From the IMG/VR virus record IMGVR_UViG_3300017917_002838, positions 32,001-96,000 of that record: 64,000 nt of DNA. One strand, given 5' to 3'. A program made the translations under genes and the position numbers. Source of the DNA: a virus. Positions 34,324-46,300 of the stretch are shown here, piece by piece. Numbering within the stretch: the first letter of the stretch is position 1; the number at the start of each line of letters is the position of its first letter. Below the pieces are notes generated by a model. That model was not told where the DNA came from. It ran no database searches and saw only the letters and a list, made by a program, of their open reading frames with translations.

Positions 34324-35853
34324 TTAAGTTGTTACATCTCCAATTATATAATATGGTTTATAAGATAAAAAATAATCAGATGCACCGTCGAATACCCAGT
34401 AAATTGCTTGTGCTGATAATCTATACTTAAAACCAGACTCTAAAGCAAGAGTTTGAGATACTTGCAAGGCTGATGACCCATATGGGTCGTCTAACCAAAT
34501 TCCGGACGAACTAGAATTCGGAGTAGTGTTTCCGTATACAGAATATCCATTTATATAAATAAATCTTGTGCTTCCATTACCAGAAAGAGGAAAAACAGAT
34601 ATAAATGCATTTGTAAATTTATTTAATTTGTGTGCATATATTTGAACATAGTGTGGCAAAGATGTGTAACTTCCACCTGGGGCTTTTAATTTAACTACGT
34701 ACTGTGCAGTATTTGGCACTGGACCACTTTGAAAATAAGATGACGAATCTATTGTGCTTGAAGTTGTTATTGTATTAACAGTTGCTAAATTATATAATGA
34801 TTTTAAATAATTAAATTTTATATAATTAGAATAAAAGTAATAATCAGACCCTTGATATCTTCCAATTGTGTAGTTCCATACATAGCAATCATGTATTTTT
34901 CCTTCATTTGCATAAAAAGTCCAATATCCAGGTACAGAAGTATCATAAGATTGTAATGCATTTGTTGTTCTATACCATGAGCCTGAACTCCAATATTCTG
35001 GATCTGAATGTACATTATTATATCTATTAGCTTGTATGTATTCTCCGTGTCCGGATCCACCAGAACTTCCAACCAAAAAATAACCAATATTAGCTGAATC
35101 TATATACGCATTTCTAAATATTGATGTTTTTGCAATTGGGCTTGGTCCACATAAATAATTAATTGACGACGTTGCACTATCGTTATACCCAGAAGCTTTT
35201 GCTTTTATTGATATTGTAAGAGATTTTCCCATTAAATTGTTTAAATCATTGAAAAACCAAGTTGTTCTAAAAATTTTTCCATTCGATGTAACTGTTCCAG
35301 TTGCTGTTGAAGAAATTGTATAGGTATATGTTTGCTGATATAGAGGCGGAACAAGAGCATTTGTTACCTTTGTTGCAATTCTTCCATTTATATTAAATTG
35401 AGTAGGTGTAGCATTTCTAATATAAACTTTATCATTAATATCTAAATTTAATGTACTAGTTAGCGTTACTGTAGATCCATTTCCAGAAAGACTAATTATG
35501 CTTGCTTGATAAAAAGATGAATCTAAAATTGTTGCATTTTGTGCAATATAGGTGCTTGTTGTATTATTATAAATTGAATATTCATACGAAGTTGCATTAT
35601 CTACTGGTCTAAATTCAATTCCAAAATTTGTATCTCCGGCGGATGGATTAAATGGAGAATAATAATATACATTTAAATCTTGTACGGCATCTAAAGTTGG
35701 AGTAGGAGCAGCTGTTGAAAAAAATTGTTTCCATGTTCCCGAAACATTAACATATCCAGATTTTATTGTTTTCCATGTTCCAGAAACTAATACTTTTGCT
35801 GATGTTATATTTCTCCATGTACCAGAGACTAAAACTTTCATCTGTTTTGCCAT
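34324..35853 (-). CDS. Tail fibre / receptor-binding protein
   Basis: N-terminal 3x KVLVSGTW repeats, FN3-like segment, S/T/Y/N-rich. Confidence 0.7.
   Translation of the reverse strand: MAKQMKVLVSGTWRNITSAKVLVSGTWKTIKSGYVNVSGTWKQFFSTAAPTPTLDAVQDLNVYYYSPFNPSAGDTNFGIEFRPVDNATSYEYSIYNNTTSTYIAQNATILDSSFYQASIISLSGNGSTVTLTSTLNLDINDKVYIRNATPTQFNINGRIATKVTNALVPPLYQQTYTYTISSTATGTVTSNGKIFRTTWFFNDLNNLMGKSLTISIKAKASGYNDSATSSINYLCGPSPIAKTSIFRNAYIDSANIGYFLVGSSGGSGHGEYIQANRYNNVHSDPEYWSSGSWYRTTNALQSYDTSVPGYWTFYANEGKIHDCYVWNYTIGRYQGSDYYFYSNYIKFNYLKSLYNLATVNTITTSSTIDSSSYFQSGPVPNTAQYVVKLKAPGGSYTSLPHYVQIYAHKLNKFTNAFISVFPLSGNGSTRFIYINGYSVYGNTTPNSSSSGIWLDDPYGSSALQVSQTLALESGFKYRLSAQAIYWVFDGASDYFLSYKPYYIIGDVTT
35726..35841 (-). 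repeat. Three 14-aa (42-bp) repeats KVxVSGTWK
   Basis: KVLVSGTWRNITSA KVLVSGTWKTIKSG YVNVSGTWKQFF. Confidence 0.8.
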
Positions 35854-35864
35854 AGCACACCTAT

Positions 35865-37340
35865 TTATTCATAAACAAATACTATGTCGCCATCGACATA
35901 ATTTTTAACTAACAATGGATTGTTAATTGAATCATATTGCGTTTGATATGTACTTGGCATTGTTGTGCTAGTTTGAACAGTAATATTTCTAAGACCATGC
36001 CTGCTAGAAGAGTTAGATTGATTTAGTCTAACATCGCTTCCCCATAAAACAAAGGTGTAGTTAGTCCTTAACTGTATTCCTATTGTATTGTCATTATTAG
36101 TAATTCTAATATCATCTAATGCAGTAGCAGGATATATATATGGATTTGAAGCGGATATAAAAAGCTGGCCAATTTTTCCGCCCCCAGTAACTTCTAAAGG
36201 ACCCTTTATGTCTAACGCGGATCCAGTCCATTTAATATAATTTGTAGAGCTTCCTATATTGATAACTGGATTTGAACTATACCAACCAATATACCAACCA
36301 GTTGTTGTATCTGTATAAGAAGTCTTTGAAGAATATATAGATCCACTACTATTCATAATTATTCCAGCATTAATATTTCCACTGGTATCAAACTTTTGAG
36401 CCCTACTATTTGCTGTACTTGCAGTTGAACTTGCAGAACTTGCAGTACTTGAAATTGATCCAATGTCTGTTGGAGTATATCCACCTATTGCAACATATCC
36501 TGCTAGATCTGCTCTAAATTTAACATCGTTTGCTGAATCATATACTGCTAATCCTGGAAGTACTGGATATGTTAATGATATTGGAGATCCCGTAATGGGA
36601 TCAGGATAACTTGTAATATTTGTTGTAGAACTAGATAATTCTATTCTTGCACCAGTTGCATTTCCGGCTCTCAAAAATGAGGTTGCGTCTATGGTTCCAG
36701 CTTTAATATTATTAAATACCAAAACGTCGCCTTTAAGTTTGCTTATTGTTACTGCTCCGGGACCAAGGTCTACATCAGATGCTCTAGTAGCTCCGCCAGA
36801 AACTGTAGCAACTAGAGCTTTTGATGATTCGTCTCCATTTGCATTTACTGCAGAAGCGAATATATAAACTGGTTCTGAATATCTTACATATGTACCATCA
36901 ACAGAAAGTGTAATTGTATTTTCAATTAGATCAGAATACAAAACTCCAGCTAATTTTGCAGTAGTATTAGAATATGTATTTTCGTAACCAGCATAAACAT
37001 TAATACATTTAAAACCATCGAAAGATTCTTCTGGATCGTCTCCTTGGTATGTTCCATCCCAAGTAATTAAAATTGATGCGAACTCGCTACTAGCGGTAAA
37101 TCCAGTTGGAACTTTGGGAGGATCAGCTTCGGTATCTATTAAATAAGATGGAGACCAGTTGGATACAGACCCATCATTATAAACCCACTGAAACTGTAGT
37201 GCATATTCACTATCTGAATTTAAATCATCTACAACGATATCAAAATAGTCTCTTGGAATATTTTTTTGTTTAGGTGTGATGGCAAGATCTTCTGGTAGAT
37301 TTGGATTTACCTTAATATCAAGCACATCTTTGTAGCTCAT
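35865..37340 (-). CDS. Minor tail protein (FN3 domains, fibre-like C-terminus)
   Basis: FN3-like W/Y pattern; ends DGDIVFVYE. Confidence 0.75.
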   Translation of the reverse strand: MSYKDVLDIKVNPNLPEDLAITPKQKNIPRDYFDIVVDDLNSDSEYALQFQWVYNDGSVSNWSPSYLIDTEADPPKVPTGFTASSEFASILITWDGTYQGDDPEESFDGFKCINVYAGYENTYSNTTAKLAGVLYSDLIENTITLSVDGTYVRYSEPVYIFASAVNANGDESSKALVATVSGGATRASDVDLGPGAVTISKLKGDVLVFNNIKAGTIDATSFLRAGNATGARIELSSSTTNITSYPDPITGSPISLTYPVLPGLAVYDSANDVKFRADLAGYVAIGGYTPTDIGSISSTASSASSTASTANSRAQKFDTSGNINAGIIMNSSGSIYSSKTSYTDTTTGWYIGWYSSNPVINIGSSTNYIKWTGSALDIKGPLEVTGGGKIGQLFISASNPYIYPATALDDIRITNNDNTIGIQLRTNYTFVLWGSDVRLNQSNSSSRHGLRNITVQTSTTMPSTYQTQYDSINNPLLVKNYVDGDIVFVYE

Positions 37341-38515
37341 TAGAAGCTTAACTCCAGTCTATACTCGATATCTACCTGTCTTCCTGCAACTTTGGTTAGT
37401 GGTGATGCTAAAACTGCTCTGCTAATAAGACCAAAAATTGGATCAAACGTGTCTTCATCATTTATTCTTAGCCCATCAAAATATACAGTTGCTGGTGATG
37501 CTGCGCTAGAACAATTTACTACAATTCCAACTTTAGATATTGTTGTTGGGTCTGGAGTTCCAGTTGTGTTTCCAAATAAACTAGATAAGGATATTGATTG
37601 AATTTTATTTCCAGTACCAGAAGTCGGAGTAAATGTAGCAGTATAATAATCTGATGCTGAACTATACAGCTTAACATCTATTGAAGAAAGGTTTGTGTCT
37701 GCTCTGTTATAACATAATGTTAGTGTATCATTTACGCTATATCCTGAAATATCTGTTTTAACAATTTCATTTAAATATTCAATGCTTGTAGTTGCACCAT
37801 CATTTGACACTTCTAATAAATATGAACCAATTCTTGGAGTGGGTGTTGTTACCAAAGTGGGGTTTCCATCAGTTGTGCTATTTACCCAATTAAATTTATT
37901 TTCAAAAGTTGTGACGAATTTGCTATCAAAATTATTATTCGATGCTCTGGTTCCTGGATACAAACCAATTTCAGAAATTACTCCGGCAACATCTTGTGGA
38001 ATTGATGTTTTATAAACAGTTTCATATGTATTTACTGTAGCAGTTCCACCGCTTACATATGCAGCAGTATTTGTTCCAGAAATTGTAAATTGAGTAGCTG
38101 TTGCCGATGCTATAGTTGCTCCATACTGAATATATGAAGATGGACTAACTCCAGTTATGTCAACAGATTGTCCAGCTGTAAATGAATTATTTGCCGTAAA
38201 TGTTATTACTGATCCATTTCCTGCAATATTTGTTATTGTTGCTTCAGACAAATTAATATTTAAACTTCCATATTGAATTGGAAGTCTATAGAACTCAAAG
38301 TCCAGTCTGGTGTCTATTGGTTTTTCTGAAGTTGTTCCAGCAGCCGTAGAATCTGTTGCGGAACCACCTACACCCATTGCTATATCTTTTTTATCAAATA
38401 CAACATTACCGGCCAAGAAATTTGTTAAAAATCTTTTTCCAAACCTGGTTATAACGTTAGACTGTCGAGCTACTTCTTTGCCATTTTCATAAAATACATA
38501 AGTACCTTTAATCAT
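37340..38515 (-). CDS. Minor tail/baseplate protein
   Basis: N.IT..GK, L.FEF.R, I.EIGL and IEYRL patterns. Confidence 0.75.
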   Translation of the reverse strand: MIKGTYVFYENGKEVARQSNVITRFGKRFLTNFLAGNVVFDKKDIAMGVGGSATDSTAAGTTSEKPIDTRLDFEFYRLPIQYGSLNINLSEATITNIAGNGSVITFTANNSFTAGQSVDITGVSPSSYIQYGATIASATATQFTISGTNTAAYVSGGTATVNTYETVYKTSIPQDVAGVISEIGLYPGTRASNNNFDSKFVTTFENKFNWVNSTTDGNPTLVTTPTPRIGSYLLEVSNDGATTSIEYLNEIVKTDISGYSVNDTLTLCYNRADTNLSSIDVKLYSSASDYYTATFTPTSGTGNKIQSISLSSLFGNTTGTPDPTTISKVGIVVNCSSAASPATVYFDGLRINDEDTFDPIFGLISRAVLASPLTKVAGRQVDIEYRLELSF

Positions 38516-38895
38516 ACTATCGACTTCCTCACGTTTACCCCTTTAACACTTAAACCTTTTGAATTTGTAACTCTTACTGTAATTTTAAATTTTTTGCTAT
38601 TACCAACGTAGTATGGTGTTGGTCCAGATATTTTTTTAACTTCTTCTAAATCTACTATATCGCCAGGTTCAGTTAAAACCGTTCCTTCTAACGATTTGTC
38701 TTCTTTAATATATGCAGAAGTAAATTGTGAATCTAGACCGCTAAGAACTGGTGATAATTCTGCATAAATATCTCCTGAAGGAATTATTCTATAAAGACTT
38801 GGATCTAAATCTCTAGCCTCTGGAGAATTCTCATAAATTGCTATTTTAGGAACTCTAACAATTTGAGAGCTTGTTATTCCTTTTTTATTTTTCAT
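38512..38895 (-). CDS. Tail-region hypothetical protein (leaderless)
   Basis: ORF track; TGaTATAAT lies 6 nt upstream. Confidence 0.65.
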   Translation of the reverse strand: MKNKKGITSSQIVRVPKIAIYENSPEARDLDPSLYRIIPSGDIYAELSPVLSGLDSQFTSAYIKEDKSLEGTVLTEPGDIVDLEEVKKISGPTPYYVGNSKKFKITVRVTNSKGLSVKGVNVRKSIV

Positions 38896-38914
38896 TTTAA
38901 TATTATATCATTTA

Positions 38915-40990
38915 TCAGCTGTAAATTGCACGACAAACGATATCGGTCTCCAATCCTTGATTATAGTTTAGCGTTACATCTGTTACCAAAAATCTCATTG
39001 AATCTGTTAAACCTGGTCTAGAATAATTAATCTTAACAATATCACCTGGAGATATTAGTGGGTTTCCAAATACAGACATTCTAACAATAATTTGTTTTTT
39101 AGACCATTGTGTTTTAATCCAGTCTGCTAATTTTTTAGCATCTTCTTCTTTTTGAATCCAGGTTGAATCAAAGATAATTGGTTCTAGTCCTGCTGCATCT
39201 GATGGAGTATCTGTTTTATATTCTAATTGTCCAGCATTATAAACCTGAGTTCCAACTATTTGAAATGATAATGAATTTCCATCACTTGCAGGAACTTGAC
39301 CACCTGTATTATTCATTAAAAACATTTCAAATCCAAAATTATTTGTTTTCGTTCCCAATATTTCTATATGAGGATTTATTCCTTTGCTTGCATATTTTGC
39401 ATATCCAGGATTTCCACTTTCATATTTTGTTTTAATTTGTTTAATTTCTTTAGCGGTGGTTCCAAATTCTAGCATGGTTCCGATATGCTCTTCAGATGTA
39501 GAATCAAATACTCTGTTCCCAAATAGGAAGGACATTGCCTGATCTTCAATTTTTCCATTTTTATTTAAAATCTTTTTAGGATTGTTAAATTCTTCTTCAG
39601 TCAGCGGATAGGCATAAACATAGTCATAATTTGCTGTTCCAGTTTGAGCCATAAGACCCACATAAGTTGTAACTGGCAAATCTTCTGGCTCGGGATCTGT
39701 TGCTACAAATTTTTTACCATTTACATAAATAGTTATTTTTCTTTCAGCAGATGTTGAGTTATTTACTAATGCAGTTATATTATAAGTTTCACCACCATAA
39801 ATAGCAGTAACTCTTTTATCGCTGGAATTTTGAGTATCTTTTAAAATTGTTTTAGATCCTCCAACAACTTTAGCAACATATATGTCACGTTTATCTCCCG
39901 TACTATATCTTGCTGTTGATCTTGTAAATATAAAATATCCATCTGTTCCGGTATCGTTTGTAAAAAATCCAAGCCCTCCGGCTTGCTCTGGTTTTTTTTC
40001 ATTAAAATCTAAAAACATGGTTGTGCCAAATGCAAAATATTTATATGGTATTTGTTCATAAATATATGTTGCTAAATTTAATGCAGAATATGTTGTTGGG
40101 AAATTCATATTTTTTATTGCTATAGAAACTTTATCTGAATTTTTAGAATTATTTGTAATTGATAAAACAGAATTTTGTATATCAGGAATTGTTGTTTTTA
40201 ATATTGGAATAATTGGTTTTTTGGGAGCTGATTGAGATTCAGTTTTTGCTATTTCAACTTGTTCTTGAGGTTTTGGTGCGGCAACTGATTGTACAGTAGT
40301 TGTAGTAGTTTTCTTTTTTGTTCCAACTGTTGAAGATTTTGATGTACTTGAACTTTTAGGAACTGTTTTTTTAGTTTGAGTTACAGTTTTTTGAGGAGCT
40401 TTAAGGCCATCCATATGAGCTCCATGTGGAATCACAACAGATTTTGCCTGTGGTTTTTGAACAGAAACTTTTGTAGACTTTGGCGTTGTAAATGTAATTT
40501 TTACTGTATCAGAATCATATGAGTTTATTACTTGTGAACTTGAATTTTGCAAAACAGTTGTTAATTGTATTTCTAATCTATATTTTGTATTTGAAATTAA
40601 TGCTGGCATTGGGTCATTAGTAGAAAGTATTGATATTTCATCAACATTTCCAACTAAAGGAACTGTGTTGTTTTGATTTAAAACATTATATACAGTAGTT
40701 GTGTCTCCAGTTAATAATAATTCTTTAATTTTTACTATTAATGGAGGATTATATGGGGTATAAAAATAATTTACATAAAAGTCATTTACTAGTGATGAGT
40801 TACTAACCTTATAAAGTTTTACTGTAAAATTAAAACGATATTTATTTGTTCCTAATTGTGCTGGAGAAAAATATTTTGGAGTTAACTCAAAGCTGGCTGA
40901 ACAGGAAGTACTTTTTAAATTTAATATTTTAAGTTTATTAACAGATCCATTGTTATTAGTATTTCCAGAGTATATTGGTTCTCTTGCCAT
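38915..40990 (-). CDS. Minor tail protein (hub C-terminal part; lectin-like domain)
   Basis: C-terminal WIQ...A..LA.W...FGNP.I..GD.V hub motif. Confidence 0.75.
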   Translation of the reverse strand: MAREPIYSGNTNNNGSVNKLKILNLKSTSCSASFELTPKYFSPAQLGTNKYRFNFTVKLYKVSNSSLVNDFYVNYFYTPYNPPLIVKIKELLLTGDTTTVYNVLNQNNTVPLVGNVDEISILSTNDPMPALISNTKYRLEIQLTTVLQNSSSQVINSYDSDTVKITFTTPKSTKVSVQKPQAKSVVIPHGAHMDGLKAPQKTVTQTKKTVPKSSSTSKSSTVGTKKKTTTTTVQSVAAPKPQEQVEIAKTESQSAPKKPIIPILKTTIPDIQNSVLSITNNSKNSDKVSIAIKNMNFPTTYSALNLATYIYEQIPYKYFAFGTTMFLDFNEKKPEQAGGLGFFTNDTGTDGYFIFTRSTARYSTGDKRDIYVAKVVGGSKTILKDTQNSSDKRVTAIYGGETYNITALVNNSTSAERKITIYVNGKKFVATDPEPEDLPVTTYVGLMAQTGTANYDYVYAYPLTEEEFNNPKKILNKNGKIEDQAMSFLFGNRVFDSTSEEHIGTMLEFGTTAKEIKQIKTKYESGNPGYAKYASKGINPHIEILGTKTNNFGFEMFLMNNTGGQVPASDGNSLSFQIVGTQVYNAGQLEYKTDTPSDAAGLEPIIFDSTWIQKEEDAKKLADWIKTQWSKKQIIVRMSVFGNPLISPGDIVKINYSRPGLTDSMRFLVTDVTLNYNQGLETDIVCRAIYS

Positions 40991-42918
40991 TATGACCAGT
41001 CCACCTCCCACTCAATTAAACCATTAGCAAATGCTAGATTAGAATATGCCTCTCCGGTTCCAACATGAGCTTTGGCAGTTGTACCTAAAGCGCCTCTTGT
41101 TTTTATTTTAAATCTATTTGTTGGAAATATAGTTCCTGCTTTAGATAAAGATTTTAATTGTTCTAATTCGCTCTTAGATTTGACAATTACTGGTGTTTGA
41201 TCAATTCCATCTGAATTTTTATAACGATATTCAGCGCCTTCAAATTCTATAATTTCATCATCTACAGAAAAATAGCCACTTAAAGATGTGGTTGCAACTA
41301 CATCTTTTTGAAGTTTGTTTGGAAGTATTGGAGAAAGCTCTATATAGTCAGTTTCTGAATTATCTAAACTTTTAATTAAAGCTCCTCCTCCTAAAAACAT
41401 TTCTCCGCTTGATTGCCATAGGAGTTGGCTATTTTGCAAATCAAATTCAGATGTTACTGCTGGCTGCCATACAATTTTAACATAACTACTTGATGGAGTT
41501 TCTTCCTTTTCTAAAGATATAATATTAGAAGAATATCCATTTCCAGTAGTATCTCTAAATTCCCACGGTGACGAAACTCTGGTTGCGTCAAACAAATAAT
41601 CTCTTGTGTAGAACTGCAATATATTATTTTCGTCAAACACCGCTGTCATTTGTGAATCTCTGCATATTTCTTGTAGTGCATCCCAAACTGTTTGATCATC
41701 TTTTGACCACCAATAAATCGGTGTGATGATTGAGGTGTCTTGAGCTGTTCCAGATTTTAAATTTATATTATAATTTGTAAATCCAATAGAGTCCAACATA
41801 TATCTTATAATTGCTGGTGAAGTATATCCGTTACACAATAAGTTTGGAGAAACTGTTTCTTGTAATATTTTAGACGAATCTAAAGCTGTTATTGATAAAT
41901 CTCCATATTCAGAAAGAGTATAGCTATGTAAATAATATGTACCCTGTTTAATTTTTTCATATGTAGATGAAGTTGGACTTTCATAAACTTTTATATATGG
42001 CCTAATAATAAGATTTTTAAATAAATAAATATCAGATGACGATAATGATGTTAAAGATTTTTCAAATGTTTTAAATTTTATGGAAGACTCAAACGAAATT
42101 AATTCTGATCTTAATGAGTTTGCTGTGATTTTTCCCACTGGCAAAAGATCTTCTGCTGAAGATGAAGACTCTTTACTTATTGAAAATGATTTAAGATATT
42201 GTGTAGCATCTAATTCCCATCTGGGAGACAATTCAATAATTCCCAAATATTTGTCTACGACTCCATCAACTGTTAACCTTAATGTTGTAATACTTACTGG
42301 TGATGCAGGTGTAGTTGGTTCAGCTACAGACCACAAGCTACCATCATAATAAATAGTAACAGTGCCAGCATTTGGACTTCCCCAAGGTGCCACGTTTGAA
42401 GCATTTCCGGAAAAAATTGTTCCTGCTTGAGTTCTTATAGTAAAAGATTCTGGTATTGAGTGACCAAGCTCAAAACGAACAACTATTTTGTTTGCTAAAA
42501 TTGTTTTAGGATAGGTCATTGAAATATCTACTGCTTGACCTTTGCCATAAAGCCAGTATTTATATACGTTATCTTGACCCGGATAATATGTTCTGTATTG
42601 TAAAGAATATTGACTATTACGAGGATCTTTATAACTACCCGTCAAAACATCTCCGACAATAGCATATTTAATTCCGGCACTTTCTGGCCTAAATGGTTTT
42701 TTAATTGTATCTATTGGAAAAAGTTTTTTAAATGGAGATCCAGGAACAACAGTTTGCGGATAATTTTCTACTCCACCAGCAAAATTATTAATTGTAATAA
42801 AACTTGTTTCTGTTTCTCCCATATAATTCATATTATATTCAAAGGTCATGCCAGCAATAGCTTTTACAGAATTGCCAGTTTTAATTGCTGCCAATGTAGC
42901 TGAATTTGCAGAAATCAT
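40990..42918 (-). CDS. Minor tail protein (baseplate hub/Tal-like)
   Basis: LPVG..TAN, TVW..LQE....Q....FDE...LQF; follows the Dit-like gene. Confidence 0.75.
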   Translation of the reverse strand: MISANSATLAAIKTGNSVKAIAGMTFEYNMNYMGETETSFITINNFAGGVENYPQTVVPGSPFKKLFPIDTIKKPFRPESAGIKYAIVGDVLTGSYKDPRNSQYSLQYRTYYPGQDNVYKYWLYGKGQAVDISMTYPKTILANKIVVRFELGHSIPESFTIRTQAGTIFSGNASNVAPWGSPNAGTVTIYYDGSLWSVAEPTTPASPVSITTLRLTVDGVVDKYLGIIELSPRWELDATQYLKSFSISKESSSSAEDLLPVGKITANSLRSELISFESSIKFKTFEKSLTSLSSSDIYLFKNLIIRPYIKVYESPTSSTYEKIKQGTYYLHSYTLSEYGDLSITALDSSKILQETVSPNLLCNGYTSPAIIRYMLDSIGFTNYNINLKSGTAQDTSIITPIYWWSKDDQTVWDALQEICRDSQMTAVFDENNILQFYTRDYLFDATRVSSPWEFRDTTGNGYSSNIISLEKEETPSSSYVKIVWQPAVTSEFDLQNSQLLWQSSGEMFLGGGALIKSLDNSETDYIELSPILPNKLQKDVVATTSLSGYFSVDDEIIEFEGAEYRYKNSDGIDQTPVIVKSKSELEQLKSLSKAGTIFPTNRFKIKTRGALGTTAKAHVGTGEAYSNLAFANGLIEWEVDWS

Positions 42919-43376
42919 ACTTCTTCCAGAGAGATAGATACTTCCCAAAATTCTTGTGCGGGATCAGTTGATCTAGATTTTACATTTCTTTTAGATAACG
43001 TACAGCTAAATGAAGATATAAACATTGTCAAAGATTCCGTTCTTGTTGGACTATAATATATAGTCAGTGTTACTGGAGAAAGGCCAGAAGTTTCGTATAA
43101 ATATCTTAGGTCTAGTGCTCCGTAACCAGTGTCTAATGTCATTGTACTATATGATGGCAAAACTGACCAGGAGGTAGAAACTGTTTTTTTATTGGCTACA
43201 ATAAATTTTCTCATGGAGCCATCTGCCATTCTATCTGATTTTTCTATTCGATTATAGCCAATATCAATTGGCGCTCTATTGTGTTCACTTAATTTATTTG
43301 AATTAATATATAAAGCTGATCCAGCTGGCAAAGTAATCTTGCTGGCACTAGAGGTTACTGGTGTTTCGTAGCTCAT
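42915..43376 (-). CDS. Distal tail-like protein
   Basis: RMADG.MRK...K...SW..LP...SLEEV; directly after the tape measure. Confidence 0.75.
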   Translation of the reverse strand: MSYETPVTSSASKITLPAGSALYINSNKLSEHNRAPIDIGYNRIEKSDRMADGSMRKFIVANKKTVSTSWSVLPSYSTMTLDTGYGALDLRYLYETSGLSPVTLTIYYSPTRTESLTMFISSFSCTLSKRNVKSRSTDPAQEFWEVSISLEEV

Positions 43377-46300
43377 GATTTAAACCTTCTATCTGAACCA
43401 ATCTTTATATTTGAAAGTTTGGTGTTACTATTTATAATACCAACTATATCATTCTTTAGCTTATCTTCCATATATGGCGACAACTCTCCTTGGAATATAA
43501 AGTTTAATGTTGTAGCTCCATAAGAATCTGATTCTACCATTCCGCCATAAGCATATCCTATTCTATTTGTAGGGACTTTATATACTGCACCGCCAACACG
43601 ATATGAAGGCATTGACATATTAGATGACATTGATGGGTTTACGTATCCGCCCATTCCCATTCTGTTAATATTATTTAAGAATGGAACACCAACTGCTGCC
43701 GTTGCTCTAGCATTAACAACAAATTCTCCATTTGAGAGCAAGGCTGGAATTGAATCTGATGTTCCAGTTCCTGGACCATAAATAGGTCCGCCCATGGCTG
43801 ATCCTTTTGGTCTTCCTCCGGTTCCAACATCTCCAACACCAGGTCTATTGGTATATGCTCCTTTTCCTCCACTTTGATATTCTGGTCTTTCAACAGCTTT
43901 AACAGATTTACCATTAACAGTTGCACCTTCTGGAATTTTTCCAGTTGTAATTATGGTTGCTGCTGTTACAAAATCTGTTGCAGCAGCTTTAATGTCTGAA
44001 GCACCTTGAGTAAAATTCTTTTGAGCTTCTACACTTAATTCAGAAGATGCCCTATTTCCTAGCGCTGCTATCTTAGATTGAAGATCCGTTGAAACTGTTA
44101 ACTTTCCTCCGCCTCTTGCAGCCATTCTATTTTCTTCAGTATTAGCAATAACGCCAGTTCCCAAAATTGATTCTACTGCGGCGTTTAGATCTTTATCTTT
44201 AAGTGATTGAACACCTTTAATTGCTGTTTCCATCTGACCCATAAATGCTTTTTGATCAATTTGCCCTAGTTGTCTTGCTGTGAGTGCTTGAGATATAAGA
44301 CCCATATACATTTGAGCCTGAGAAGATTTTTGCTGATTATTTGCAGCAGATTGTTGCATGGCAACAATTTCTTTTTCTTGCTTCATCTTTTTTTCATTAA
44401 GCTTATCAATTTTTGCTTGTTGTTCTTCTAGTTTGCGTTGTCTCTCATCTTCAATTGCTTGTAGAGCAAGTTGTTCCTGACGCTCCCTAGCAGCATCTTG
44501 AATCCTTATTTGAGCTGATGCAGCAGCCTCTTCATTTCCATTTGCTATAGCATTTCTATATTCAATATCTAGTAAAGATATTTCAGTCTTGAAATCACGT
44601 TCTGCTTTTTGTAGCTCAAGTGCTTTCTTTCTGGCATCCGCCTCTTTATTAATTTTGTCAATAATTTTTTGAATAGCGTCTGCTTGTTTTTTATAAGCTT
44701 CTTCGCTACTTTGAGCGGCTTTTTGTATAGATTTAGACGAATTAGACCATTTCTTTGAATAGTTATCAATTGCTGTATTTAAAGGACCAAATGATCCTGT
44801 TTTTAATATTGATGCTGATGCTGTTTCTACGCTTGATTGATATTTTGCTAAAGAAATTGCAGTAGCTGCATCTAATTTAGATACCTCATCGCCCATTCCA
44901 GCAAGTAGTAATTTAGATTTAGCATAAACGCTTGCTAGGTTGTCAGAAGTATTAAGTACCTGACCAAGTTCTTTATTTTGAGCTTGTATTGCTAAAAGTT
45001 GTTCATTAGTTAAATTTTTATTTGCGCCTTGTGTATTGGCAATTGTTTGAAGTTGTGTATTAACTGCCTCTTGTGCGGTAACAATTTTTCCTGTAGCATC
45101 TTTTGTACCAATTGAAGCTTTTTCTGCTTCTAATAAAGCATTAACCATAGACATAATTCCGGTTGCAGCTTCTTCAGAATTGGAATTTACAGAAGACATT
45201 TCTGTGGCAGTTATTCTAACTTTTGCTGCAGCAGCAGTTGCCTTATCTGTAATATCTGCAAAACCCTTATTTCCTATAGCACCTACAGCCATGGTAGCTT
45301 TTTCAGAAGCTTTAATAATTGCAAATACTTTATTTGTTGCTTCTTCTGCGCTCATTCCACCGGCAATAAAATCGGCTTTCATAGATTGAGCTAATTGATT
45401 AACGTTAGAAGGATCTATGTTATTAAATAAGTTAACAAGATCTGGCATATTTTTCTTTGCATCTTCTATTGCAGTTTTTAATTCTTTTATGCTTAGTGTT
45501 AATCCTCTAAATCCAGTTTTAGTATTTTCGTTATAAGCTGCTAAACCTGATGCCTTAAATGCATCTGCTGCATCTTTGGCAGACTTTAATCTATCGGAAA
45601 GAGAAACAATTTCTATTCCAGCCTTTTTAGCTTGTTCTCCGGTAAGTCCAAAAGAAGCTCTGTTTGCTTTTCCAACCTCTTCTGCATGTTTTTTCATGTC
45701 TAAGAATTTTTTGCCTAACCATACTACTGCAGTAAGTATGGCTCCTGGCAAGGATAACATTTTTAATAACCTTATAACTTTAAAAACTACAACACTCATG
45801 CTTGTCATTCCTTTTAGTGCTGTTCCTAATTGTGGTAAAAATGCTGGAGCCATACTTAATGCCATTCCACCAGCCATCATAGCTGTTCCACCGGCACCAC
45901 CCATTTGACTTCCAGCTGTCATCATTCCCATTCCAGCCATTCCAGCCAGCATTCCACCATTATCTTTTCCATAATTTTGCATTCTTTTTGCAAGTGCTTC
46001 TCTTCTGGATCCAGCTGCTGGAGGAGGTGGTAAAAATCCTGCTCTTGTTGTTAAAAGTTTTTTCCATTCTGTTTTAGTTTGAACAACTGTTCCGAGAGGA
46101 CCTTCAAATGTTTCTCCTGCTGCCATTGGTCTATCTCGCAGTCTAGAAAGATCTTTAAATCCAGCTAAATAATCTTTTGTTTTTGAAGCAGCTAACTTTG
46201 CAGATTCTCCAGACTTTAGTATAGCTGCTCTACTTTTATCTATTGCATTAGATATTGCTTTACTAGAAGACTCATATGATTTTTTAATTGAATCATTTAT

